From positions 1-52,861 of the IMG/VR virus record IMGVR_UViG_3300033513_000010: a stretch of 52,861 bases of DNA, one strand, 5' to 3'. The position numbers were made by a program, and so were the translations under genes. The stretch is from a virus. Its lineage: Duplodnaviria > Caudoviricetes. The notes beneath the pieces were generated by a model. That model was given only the letters and a program-made list of their open reading frames with translations, searched no databases and was not told the origin of the DNA. Shown here one piece after another: positions 44,968 to 52,861 of this stretch (position 1 is its first letter; each line of letters starts with the position of its first letter).

Positions 44968-45763
44968 GGCCATTCGGGAAACCTGTTCTCCGGCGGCCCC
45001 AGTGGCATTGCTTTTGAGTGGCGGGATTGATAGTAGTTGCTTGCTCTTTGCTTGCCTGGAATTGGGCCTGTCGCCTCATTGCTACACCTACAGTGTGGAA
45101 AACGAGCCGAGCTTTGATAGGAAACAGGCGCTACGGTTAACGGCGGCTTTTGGGCTTCGGTTGGAGGAGATTGTAATCCCGGCGGCTCCCGACAAGGCAT
45201 TGGCGGCGATTCGAACGCTATTGCGGCTTGGAGTTCGTGGTCAAGTGGCACTCCAATGTATGCACGGGCATCTCTATGTGGCTCCGTACGTACAAGAGCC
45301 GCTTGTCCTCAACGGCTCTGGTGTTGACGCGCTTTTGGGGTCTTATCATCACGAGAATTTGGCCTTCCGGGTTTTTGAGAGTAGGTCGAATTTCGACAAG
45401 ATGCGGGCAGCGCACCTTCAGGACGCTGACGACGACTGCATGATGACACAACAAAGACTGTATGCCTCCAAAGGGGTGAGAACTGTCTTCCCCTATCGGC
45501 ATCCAGGTATTGTGGTTTACCTGATGGGCCTATCCTGGTCAGATATCAACCACCCTCGTCTCAAGACAGTTAGCATAAATGCGTTTGGGGACTGGGCTGT
45601 CAAGGTGCCGGGATTTCGTTGGCGGCGCGGGGCGCAACAATTAGTGGCTGGCACGAAACGGTTGCATCTTGCCCTATTGTCTACGACAGCCAACAGAAAA
45701 AGGCGTAGGGCGCTCCCGGCTTTTTATCGAGACTTAGAGGAGGAGTTGGGTGAGCGGAAATAA
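44945..45763 (+). CDS. asparagine-synthase-like PP-loop ATPase (no glutaminase domain)
   Basis: LLLSGGIDSS, NGSGVDALLGSY, FPY motifs. Confidence 0.8.
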   Translation: MLKKLLIKAIRETCSPAAPVALLLSGGIDSSCLLFACLELGLSPHCYTYSVENEPSFDRKQALRLTAAFGLRLEEIVIPAAPDKALAAIRTLLRLGVRGQVALQCMHGHLYVAPYVQEPLVLNGSGVDALLGSYHHENLAFRVFESRSNFDKMRAAHLQDADDDCMMTQQRLYASKGVRTVFPYRHPGIVVYLMGLSWSDINHPRLKTVSINAFGDWAVKVPGFRWRRGAQQLVAGTKRLHLALLSTTANRKRRRALPAFYRDLEEELGERK

Positions 45764-47255
45764 AAGAGCCAGCCCCCGCTATGAACGACTTGGACGTGGC
45801 GCAATATGTGCGGAATGCCGTGAGTGCAAAGGCGGCGAAAGGTGTCAGGCAATACGCGCCAATTTGCCCCGCTATTCCGGGATTCGGTTCACGTCGGATG
45901 GCTTTGATTGTGCCCTGCCAGTTTCCATTGATAGTCATAGCCACTGCTCGTTTGCTTGTCGCTACTGTTTTTCAGACAATCTCATGCAGCACGCGGCCCA
46001 GGTGCAAAATCCAATAGGGCAGATGTCCCTGCCCACCCTGGAACGTATTTTTGCCGGGGAAGGTGGCGAGGGCGGGGCACGCTACCGCCAGGCCCTTCGC
46101 TACGATTTGGTGGGACGCGGCTTTAACTATCCCTGTCCAATCCGGTTGGGGGCTATCAATGACCCCTGCGATAATATCGAGCGTAATCAAGGGTGGCTTC
46201 TGGAGTTCATTAAATTGGCTGTCCGTTACCGCCAGCCCGTCAGGATGAGTACAAAAGGGATCGTCTTACAGCAGCCGGAATATCTTGACGCCCTTTCTGC
46301 CGCGCCGGAGCTATTTTGGGTTGCGTTCTCAACCATCTCACCGGATGATGACCTGCTAAGCCGTATAGACCGCCGCGCCCCGCTCGCCTCCGAACGCTTG
46401 CAGACGATGGCGGCCCTATCCGCGATTGGTGTGAAAACCTCATTGCGTTTCCGACCTATGCTACCGATGGTATCAGATAGGACAGCGCATTACCCTACCG
46501 CCTATCGAACCTTGATTGAACAGGCGGCGCGGGCGGGCGCTTGTGCCGTCAGCTACGAGGTCGCGTTTGTACCGGGTATACAAAATCGTGACGTGCGCCG
46601 CCGATGGCAAGCCCTCTCCCATCTGATAGGGCTGGACTTTACTCGCCTGTATTCATCATTCGGGCCGCGTATTGCCTGTATGCGTCCCTCGTACACGTGG
46701 ACAGAAGACATTATGCACGCTGTTCGCAACGTCTCACATGAGTGTGGCCTCGTGGTCGGCATCAGCGACCCGGTTTGGAAACAACTCGGTGATACAGGAT
46801 GCTGTTGTGGTATCCTCCCCGACGACCCGGTATTCGGGAATTGGCAGCGCGAAAGCGCCACGAACCAACTCCTATTGGCACAGCACGATGGGCGAGAGTT
46901 GCGGTTCAATGACATAATCCCGGCCTGGGCTTACACCTGCCGATTGGCTGGGTTGGTTTATCCAGGTGTCGGGCCGAAGGCAGCCTTCAAACAGCGCCAT
47001 ACCTATTGGAGTGATGTCCTTAAAAAAACGTGGAATGACTTACGTGGGGGACGCGGCCCACTTCGATATTTCCAGGGGGCGCTGCTTCCAAGTCGGCTGG
47101 AGGATAACGATTTTGTTTATAAATGGAATGGGCTGGCGCGAGCCTATCCAGAAAAGACGCCGGGGTGGTCTGTGGACAGGGCTGACGTATACGATGATGC
47201 TGGTCGGGTGGGATATGTTTATGAGGGTGGATTTGGTCGCCGACTGGCGGATTGA
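45750..47255 (+). CDS. radical SAM protein (SPL-like)
   Basis: CSFACRYC CX3CX2C; GAINDP, STKG, LRFRP, CCCG. Confidence 0.85.
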   Translation: MSGNKRASPRYERLGRGAICAECRECKGGERCQAIRANLPRYSGIRFTSDGFDCALPVSIDSHSHCSFACRYCFSDNLMQHAAQVQNPIGQMSLPTLERIFAGEGGEGGARYRQALRYDLVGRGFNYPCPIRLGAINDPCDNIERNQGWLLEFIKLAVRYRQPVRMSTKGIVLQQPEYLDALSAAPELFWVAFSTISPDDDLLSRIDRRAPLASERLQTMAALSAIGVKTSLRFRPMLPMVSDRTAHYPTAYRTLIEQAARAGACAVSYEVAFVPGIQNRDVRRRWQALSHLIGLDFTRLYSSFGPRIACMRPSYTWTEDIMHAVRNVSHECGLVVGISDPVWKQLGDTGCCCGILPDDPVFGNWQRESATNQLLLAQHDGRELRFNDIIPAWAYTCRLAGLVYPGVGPKAAFKQRHTYWSDVLKKTWNDLRGGRGPLRYFQGALLPSRLEDNDFVYKWNGLARAYPEKTPGWSVDRADVYDDAGRVGYVYEGGFGRRLAD

Positions 47256-47258
47256 TGT

Positions 47259-47846
47259 ATGACTAAGCCCATTTGGGAACGCATCGAAGAAGAACGCGAC
47301 GGGATGGAGCCGGAAGACCCGTTTTGGTTCAATCGTTTCGACCGCTATTACCGCCCGTTGGGGCCGGAACGCAGTATTCTGGAAGCCTATCGGCTTTGGC
47401 TGGAAGAAAAGGGGAGAGCGAATGCCCGGACTGCGAAGAAGGCTCCTGACACGTGGTACACGACAGCCGAGGAGTATCGCTGGAAATACCGCGCCGAAGC
47501 GTGGGACGAGGTCATGCGCCAGGAGCGGCTTGCGCAGGAGTTGGCCTCCATTCGAGAGATGAACGACCGCCATCTCACCCTTGTACGCGGGGTATTGCAG
47601 ATGGCGTCCAGGCGACTTTACCAAATGCTGGATGCGAAGGCTTGGGAGGGCTTGTCCTTTTCCGATGTTTTGCGGTATATTGAGGTAGGAGTTCGCCAAG
47701 AGCGACTTCTACGCGGTTTGCCCACAGAGGCCATCGAGATGATGGCATTGAGCGACGATGACTTATTGCGTAGATACCACGACCTCATTGAACAGGTTGC
47801 GGCAGTTAGCACTGATGGAACAGGAGATGGCCCGCAGGGGGCTTAA
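47259..47846 (+). CDS. terS: terminase small subunit
   Basis: PERSILEAY...YRWKYRAEAWD helical motif; directly upstream of TerL. Confidence 0.75.
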   Translation: MTKPIWERIEEERDGMEPEDPFWFNRFDRYYRPLGPERSILEAYRLWLEEKGRANARTAKKAPDTWYTTAEEYRWKYRAEAWDEVMRQERLAQELASIREMNDRHLTLVRGVLQMASRRLYQMLDAKAWEGLSFSDVLRYIEVGVRQERLLRGLPTEAIEMMALSDDDLLRRYHDLIEQVAAVSTDGTGDGPQGA

Positions 47847-49284
47847 AATCCCCCACAGGCCACCCCCGCCGAACCTCGCTAACGCGCAATTCCGAAGCCA
47901 GTATCATCACGCGCCCCTTGAGTTCGTACACGATTGCCTGCGCTTTCCTCCGAAGGAATTTCCGACACCCTACCAGGACGAGGCCCTACAGGCGCTCATC
48001 CCCTACAAGCGCATATCCATGCGCGGCCCTCACGGCCTGGGGAAAACTGCGTTTGCCGCTTGGCTGGTATTGTGGGGCGTTTTAACGTCGGATGACGTGA
48101 AGGTCATCACGACGGCCTCGACCTGGCGTCAGTTAAGTAAGTTCCTGTGGCCGGAAGTTCACAAATGGGCCGGGCGGTTGAATTGGGACCGGATTGGCCG
48201 CCCACCGTTTTCCCCGGACGAGTTGCTTAATCTGAGCTTGAAACTCTCTTCCAGTTGCGAGGGCTTCGCGGCGGCGGTGTCTGACCCTGCAAAAATTGAG
48301 GGGGCACACGCCAACCGCGTGCTGTACATTTTTGATGAGGCCAAAGCCATCCCCGCAACGATATGGGATGCGGCGGAAGGGGCGTTCGCAGGAGCGGGTG
48401 AGGATACGGGGCGTGAGGCATTCGCAGTTGCCATCTCAACTCCAGGCGACCCGGTTGGGCGTTTCCATGATATTCATACTCACGCGCCCGGTTACGAAAA
48501 CTGGTGGACGCGCCACGTCACGGTTGATGAGGCTATCGCTGCCGGGCGCGTCAGTGCGGAATGGGTCGAGGAGCGTCGTCGGCAGTGGGGTGAGGGAAAC
48601 CCGGTTTTCGTCACGCGGGTGCTCGGCGAGTTCGCACCGGAGGCGGGCGGCCTCATTCCACTTGCCTGGATAGAAGCCGCTATCGAACGCTGGCATGAAT
48701 GGAATGACAAGGGCCGCCCCGGAACGCTATTGCGGGTCGGCGCGGACATTGCCCGTTTCGGGGCGGATAACACGGCGCTCGCGTATGTTTTCGATAGCCG
48801 CCACCTGTCGGAAATCGAATTGTACGGCTCGCTCGACACCATGCAAACGTCCGGGCTTATCCGGCGGATTCTGGAGGGTAATCCGGGCGTGGTGGCGACG
48901 GTGGACGTAATCGGTATCGGGGCGGGCGTGGTTGACCGCCTGCGGGAGATGGGATTTGGAGAACGTCTCATGGCGTTTAATGCGGCGGAAGCGACAGGCT
49001 GGTCGGATAAATCGGGCGAACTCCAGTTTGCCAACCTGAGGGCCGCCATGTTCTGGAATTTGATGGAACTACTTGGCCCGGATAACCCGTTCCCGATTGC
49101 GCTGCCGGACGACAAGCGGCTGGTCGGCGACCTGGCGGCGCTGCATTGGCGGACGACTTCGGGCGGGCGCATCATCATGGAGAGCAAAGACGACATCCGC
49201 AAGCGAATAGGGCGCTCAACGGACGCGGGTGACGCGGCGGCGATGGCGTTTTGGCCTGTCGAGGAGCGGGTTTGGTTTGGATAG
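47758..49284 (+). CDS. terL: terminase large subunit (start 47758 or 47815)
   Basis: GPHGLGKT Walker A, YIFDEAK Walker B, ISTP, GADIARFGAD, DVIGIGAGV, STDAGDA. Confidence 0.95.
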   Translation: MTYCVDTTTSLNRLRQLALMEQEMARRGLKIPHRPPPPNLANAQFRSQYHHAPLEFVHDCLRFPPKEFPTPYQDEALQALIPYKRISMRGPHGLGKTAFAAWLVLWGVLTSDDVKVITTASTWRQLSKFLWPEVHKWAGRLNWDRIGRPPFSPDELLNLSLKLSSSCEGFAAAVSDPAKIEGAHANRVLYIFDEAKAIPATIWDAAEGAFAGAGEDTGREAFAVAISTPGDPVGRFHDIHTHAPGYENWWTRHVTVDEAIAAGRVSAEWVEERRRQWGEGNPVFVTRVLGEFAPEAGGLIPLAWIEAAIERWHEWNDKGRPGTLLRVGADIARFGADNTALAYVFDSRHLSEIELYGSLDTMQTSGLIRRILEGNPGVVATVDVIGIGAGVVDRLREMGFGERLMAFNAAEATGWSDKSGELQFANLRAAMFWNLMELLGPDNPFPIALPDDKRLVGDLAALHWRTTSGGRIIMESKDDIRKRIGRSTDAGDAAAMAFWPVEERVWFG

Positions 49285-49297
49285 GGGAGAAAGGGAA

Positions 49298-49528
49298 GTG
49301 GATAGGCTGGATATATTGTTTACATGGCTCTTGGCGGGGCAATCCAAGAAGTTGCTTCAAGAACTACGAGACGCTATGGAGGTATCCTATAACGTCGTTC
49401 GGCAGGACGCCGAATGCGGCGAAAGCCTTCGCCCAGATAGCATTCCCGATTATCATCGGCGGTTGCCTCGAATTTTTGAGGAGTTAATACCGCGTCTTGA
49501 CGAGGGGATACAAAGTAGAGGGGGGTAA
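49298..49528 (+). CDS. hypothetical protein
   Basis: GTG start after AGGGA; operon packing. Confidence 0.5.
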   Translation: MDRLDILFTWLLAGQSKKLLQELRDAMEVSYNVVRQDAECGESLRPDSIPDYHRRLPRIFEELIPRLDEGIQSRGG

Positions 49529-49531
49529 TCA

Positions 49532-49921
49532 GTGGAACGGGTGGTGAGGGGGGATAACCAGAAGTGGGCGGACGATTTACCTCCCATCGGCTTTGTGTTC
49601 TCCTGGGTCGAACCGCCGGGTATAAGGTCAGCCGATACTTTCAGGCGATTAACTTGGCGAGTAGAAAAGCACTGTCCGGCACACAATGGCATAACCTCCG
49701 AGGGGCGCTTTTTACCCCCATCGCCGCCGACCTATGAGATAGTGTTGGTACTTGATGAGATGATGCCGGAATGGGACGAGCAAGATTGCTGGGTGGAAGT
49801 CTGGCGTAGGGCCGGCTACACTGGTGGGCCGGGCAAGATGTTCGAACCGGGACACGCCCCACGGACACGCGCCGATTGCGAATACGACGCGGGGCAATTA
49901 ACCCTGCCGGGGGTGGGATGA
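49532..49921 (+). CDS. hypothetical protein
   Basis: GAGGGGGG RBS; ends in GQLTL motif. Confidence 0.55.
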   Translation: MERVVRGDNQKWADDLPPIGFVFSWVEPPGIRSADTFRRLTWRVEKHCPAHNGITSEGRFLPPSPPTYEIVLVLDEMMPEWDEQDCWVEVWRRAGYTGGPGKMFEPGHAPRTRADCEYDAGQLTLPGVG

Positions 49922-49922
49922 T

Positions 49923-50105
49923 ATGCGCGATATTGACGAGTTGTGCGCTCGCATCCAGGAGGCTCGCCGAGCGTATCTATTTCAGGAAGCCGTCGCGCGG
50001 GCTGACAGAAGCCGCCTATCGGCAAAGCAAGCGCGGCGGGCGCTAAAGCGGTTGCGGAAATTGCAGGGGGTGCTGCTGAGCACCGCAAGGGGGTGGAATG
50101 AATAG
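49923..50105 (+). CDS. small basic hypothetical protein
   Basis: 60 aa, overlaps SLT start. Confidence 0.5.
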   Translation: MRDIDELCARIQEARRAYLFQEAVARADRSRLSAKQARRALKRLRKLQGVLLSTARGWNE

Positions 50106-50811
50106 GGTATTGGGTCGCCTTTTCTCAACCTTGTCCCTTCTCGTTTTGCTCCCGGTGGTACGCCCTACTGCTCTTTCCCCTTACTACTGGTGGCACGAAA
50201 TACGCCAGTGGGAACCGCTCATTCTGCGCTATGCCGACCGGATTAACATTGACCCTAATTTCCTCGCTGCCCTCATCGTGTGCGAAAGCGGCGGGGATGC
50301 CGATGAGATTAGCCCCGCCGGGGCGGTCGGCTTAATGCAGGTCATGCCATTCCACCTGGGATACAACGCCCCCGCCGCCACCGAAGCACTCCGCGACCCG
50401 GACAGGAATATGGCATGGGGAACGTGGGTTTTGCAGAACGCTATCGAGATGGCGGATGGGGACATCTTCCACGCGCTGGCGCTCTACAATGGCGGCTCCG
50501 AGTTCGCCGCCTCACGCGAATCGCGGGGATATGCGGAGCGCGTTCTGCGGATGTATCTCCAGGCGGTCATAACTCGCGAGGGTTACGACCCGGAGACGAT
50601 TAACAATTGGCGGGCCATCTTCCAGATACAGGGCCGGGCGGTGGATATTGCCAATACGCCAGCGCCCGGATGGGTGGTTACGAGTCACCACTGGCAATCC
50701 ATGCCAGACCGGGCGGTTGTCAATACGGTACTGTATGAGGGTAGAGACGAGTATTTCGTCTCATGGCGGGTGGTAGTATGGCTATTGCCCGACAGCAGGG
50801 CGGGCGGTTAG
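50098..50811 (+). CDS. lytic transglycosylase (SLT domain) with signal peptide, allele B
   Basis: ALIVCESGG, SPAGAVGLMQVMP, ALALYNGG, YAERV. Confidence 0.92.
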   Translation: MNRVLGRLFSTLSLLVLLPVVRPTALSPYYWWHEIRQWEPLILRYADRINIDPNFLAALIVCESGGDADEISPAGAVGLMQVMPFHLGYNAPAATEALRDPDRNMAWGTWVLQNAIEMADGDIFHALALYNGGSEFAASRESRGYAERVLRMYLQAVITREGYDPETINNWRAIFQIQGRAVDIANTPAPGWVVTSHHWQSMPDRAVVNTVLYEGRDEYFVSWRVVVWLLPDSRAGG

Positions 50812-50827
50812 GTGATAGGAGGGGACA

Positions 50828-51085
50828 ATGGGAAATGAGAAATCGGGCTGCCTTATAGAAGTGCAAGCTACCCAACGGGGGCTATTCCATCGCGGGGTAG
50901 TCAATGTAGGGTATGTCATAATATGTTACGATTGTGGGAAGACGTGGATTGTTAGGCCCAATTCCGGTCGCCTCGACCTTCCGGTAGATTTGGCAGAATG
51001 GGGTTGGGGAAGAACGCCGGACGAATATCAACATCTGGTCTGTCCCGTGTGCTTGGCGGGGCATCTCGCGCACTACCCCCGCTGA
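50828..51085 (+). CDS. small Zn-finger protein
   Basis: CYDC...CPVC; AGGAGGGG RBS. Confidence 0.65.
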   Translation: MGNEKSGCLIEVQATQRGLFHRGVVNVGYVIICYDCGKTWIVRPNSGRLDLPVDLAEWGWGRTPDEYQHLVCPVCLAGHLAHYPR

Positions 51086-51142
51086 TCAGCCTGCCCAATC
51101 GTGATATTCCATAATATCGTTACCGATTTTCAAGGGTGGAAG

Positions 51143-51382
51143 ATGGTGAAATGTGCAGAAATACCAGAAGCGGGCTTAGTCGCCGACCTGCGCAATCTTG
51201 GCCTATCCGATGGGGAGATAGAATCCCTGGCGGTGGCGGTGAGCAAAGAGGCGGTGGCACTTGGCATTTCGCGCGAGGAGATTATGAGGGGCATCACCAT
51301 CTACCTAATGGGGGCGTTGTGGCCGCCTATTTTGGATATGGCAGAGATACTTAGCCCCAGTGAGGGCGGGAAGGGACAATGA
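51143..51382 (+). CDS. hypothetical protein
   Basis: ATG after GGGTGGA; ATGA overlap with next gene. Confidence 0.55.
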   Translation: MVKCAEIPEAGLVADLRNLGLSDGEIESLAVAVSKEAVALGISREEIMRGITIYLMGALWPPILDMAEILSPSEGGKGQ

Positions 51383-52116
51383 CCTACTACTACAAGGTGT
51401 TGCGAGCGGGGGGTTTAGGCCCACACTCGGACGTGCAATGGCCACTCCCGGCGGAAGGTGAAGAGTGGGGGGAGTGGATGCTACCCATCTTGGGGAAACT
51501 TGTACCGTGTAAGCGGGGCTATCATGTGGTGACAATCTGGCAGTTGCCCTATTGGATAGGGGAATGTATCCATCCTGCTCAGGTGCGGGGGCAAGTTCTG
51601 GTGGATTGCGACAAAACTCTGGCGCGGGAGGCCAAGGTTGGGCGGGCCATCGCTGCCTGGACACCCGCCGTAATGGCAGTATTCGCCAGAGCGTGTGCGG
51701 AGCGGGCGAAAAGATATTCCGATAGTCCCTTTTATGTCGAGAATGCCATTTCTTGTGCCGATGCTTGCGCCTTCAATACCTCTCGTGCCCACCTCGCTAG
51801 AGCGTGCGTGGAGCTGGCGAAAAGATGTTCCGATAGTCCCCCTTATGTCGAGAATGCCATTTCTTGCGCCGATGCTTGCGCCGACAATGCCTCTCGTTCC
51901 CGCCTCGCCTCCGATGCCTATACCTCTTATGCCGCCCTCTACGCCCGCGCTGCTGCCAAGAACGCCGCCAACGCTGCCTTTACCTCTGCCATTGATGAGC
52001 CAACCGCCGCCTGTGTCGCAGAGCGTGAGTGGCAAGCGCGATGGCTTGCCAAGCGGCTGGGACTGCCTATTATGCCCGACGAGGATGAGGAGGATAGAAA
52101 TGGGCGCGAAGACTAA
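51379..52116 (+). CDS. hypothetical protein, paralog of 38547-39146, with internal 37-aa duplication
   Basis: shared motifs; 111 bp tandem repeat 51685-51906. Confidence 0.8.
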   Translation: MTYYYKVLRAGGLGPHSDVQWPLPAEGEEWGEWMLPILGKLVPCKRGYHVVTIWQLPYWIGECIHPAQVRGQVLVDCDKTLAREAKVGRAIAAWTPAVMAVFARACAERAKRYSDSPFYVENAISCADACAFNTSRAHLARACVELAKRCSDSPPYVENAISCADACADNASRSRLASDAYTSYAALYARAAAKNAANAAFTSAIDEPTAACVAEREWQARWLAKRLGLPIMPDEDEEDRNGRED

Positions 52117-52435
52117 AGATGAGAAGGGCGCTGGAAAGAACTTGGACATGGTATGGCATGGTGTTCCATGCGTCGCGGATGAACTTGGCGAGGGACTTCG
52201 CCATAGTATCTGTTTGTGCTGGCGATGTGCCCGGCTTGTAACGGAGGGAGATATTTGGCTCCTTGCCCCTACCCTTTCAAGCGAGGAGGTGGACAAGTTA
52301 AAAGAGGCATACAATTGTCCAACTGCACAAGAGAATTACGAAAACTGTCGGCGCGGATATGCTGCCGCCCCTATCACGCGCTGTTTCGGATTCCTGGCGG
52401 GGCGGGTCGAATACGGGCGCAGTAAGGAGAAGTAG
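52100..52435 (+). CDS. hypothetical protein (donor of N-terminus of 897-1397)
   Basis: GAGGAGG RBS; MGAKTKDEK... Confidence 0.7.
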   Translation: MGAKTKDEKGAGKNLDMVWHGVPCVADELGEGLRHSICLCWRCARLVTEGDIWLLAPTLSSEEVDKLKEAYNCPTAQENYENCRRGYAAAPITRCFGFLAGRVEYGRSKEK

Positions 52436-52436
52436 T

Positions 52437-52861
52437 ATGGAAACAGCAATTGTGCTCTCAGAATGTGCATTAGCACTTATTTTGGCGGCCATCGCGGGTT
52501 TTCTCTTGGGAAAACGACGTGGGGAATACACCGCCTTCCACGAGTCCCACGATAAAAAGGCCGCCCCGCTTGGAATGTCTGACCAACTCGCGGTGGACAT
52601 CCTATCCGCGTTGGGGATGCAGGGGCAACTCGTCAGCGATATGGCAATATACCTTGATGCCAATGGAATTGCCAGTGTAACGTGTAGACGTTTCTTGATA
52701 AGCAAGGAGGCTGCGGCGGTAGCGGATTGTATCTCCAGCGAGACGCTTCGCTGGCGATTGATCGAGAAGGAAGGCGAGTTGGAAGGGTTGCTTTGGGAGG
52801 TGGTCGCGGACTCGCAAATTCCCGCCCTCGTCGGGGATAAACTTATACCAGCCGGAACGAT
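52437..52861 (+). CDS. membrane-anchored hypothetical protein, runs off window (continues as 1238-1397)
   Basis: AAGGAG RBS; METAIVLSECALALILAAIAGFLLG...ISKEAAAVADC. Confidence 0.7.
   Translation, partial: METAIVLSECALALILAAIAGFLLGKRRGEYTAFHESHDKKAAPLGMSDQLAVDILSALGMQGQLVSDMAIYLDANGIASVTCRRFLISKEAAAVADCISSETLRWRLIEKEGELEGLLWEVVADSQIPALVGDKLIPAGT

Noticed and set aside
50553-52861. Diversity-generating retroelement TR/VR pair
   Set aside because: No reverse transcriptase ORF, and differences between copies are not adenine-specific.

Overview
This window is an essentially complete ~50.5-51.6 kb circular tailed-phage genome (HK97-type head, siphovirus-like tail). It has no recognisable integrase but carries a ParM/ParR/parC-like partition module, so it is most likely a plasmid-prophage. 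A Chloroflexi-type host is inferred from protein style only. The + strand carries accessory genes (1-2.7 kb), head genes, a glycosyl/sulfo/methyl-transferase island, and tail and lysis/membrane genes (2.8-25.5 kb). The - strand carries a putative type I toxin, parMR, RuvC-like, DnaB, a replication initiator, ArdC, a beta-clamp-like gene and early genes (25.6-43.6 kb). The + strand then carries structured RNAs, a ParB-like/Asn-synthase-like/radical SAM cluster, terminases and an SLT (43.7-52.9 kb). The two contig ends are two different alleles of the same locus (126 and 127 bp exact overlaps). The most striking signal is four near-identical type II hammerhead ribozymes placed between stop codon and next RBS in the early transcripts, one with a core A9C change. 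Other highlights are an antisense sRNA/small hydrophobic peptide pair, a candidate virion glycan sulfation/methylation island, and a +1 (not -1) tail chaperone frameshift. All calls come from reading the sequence; no searches were run.
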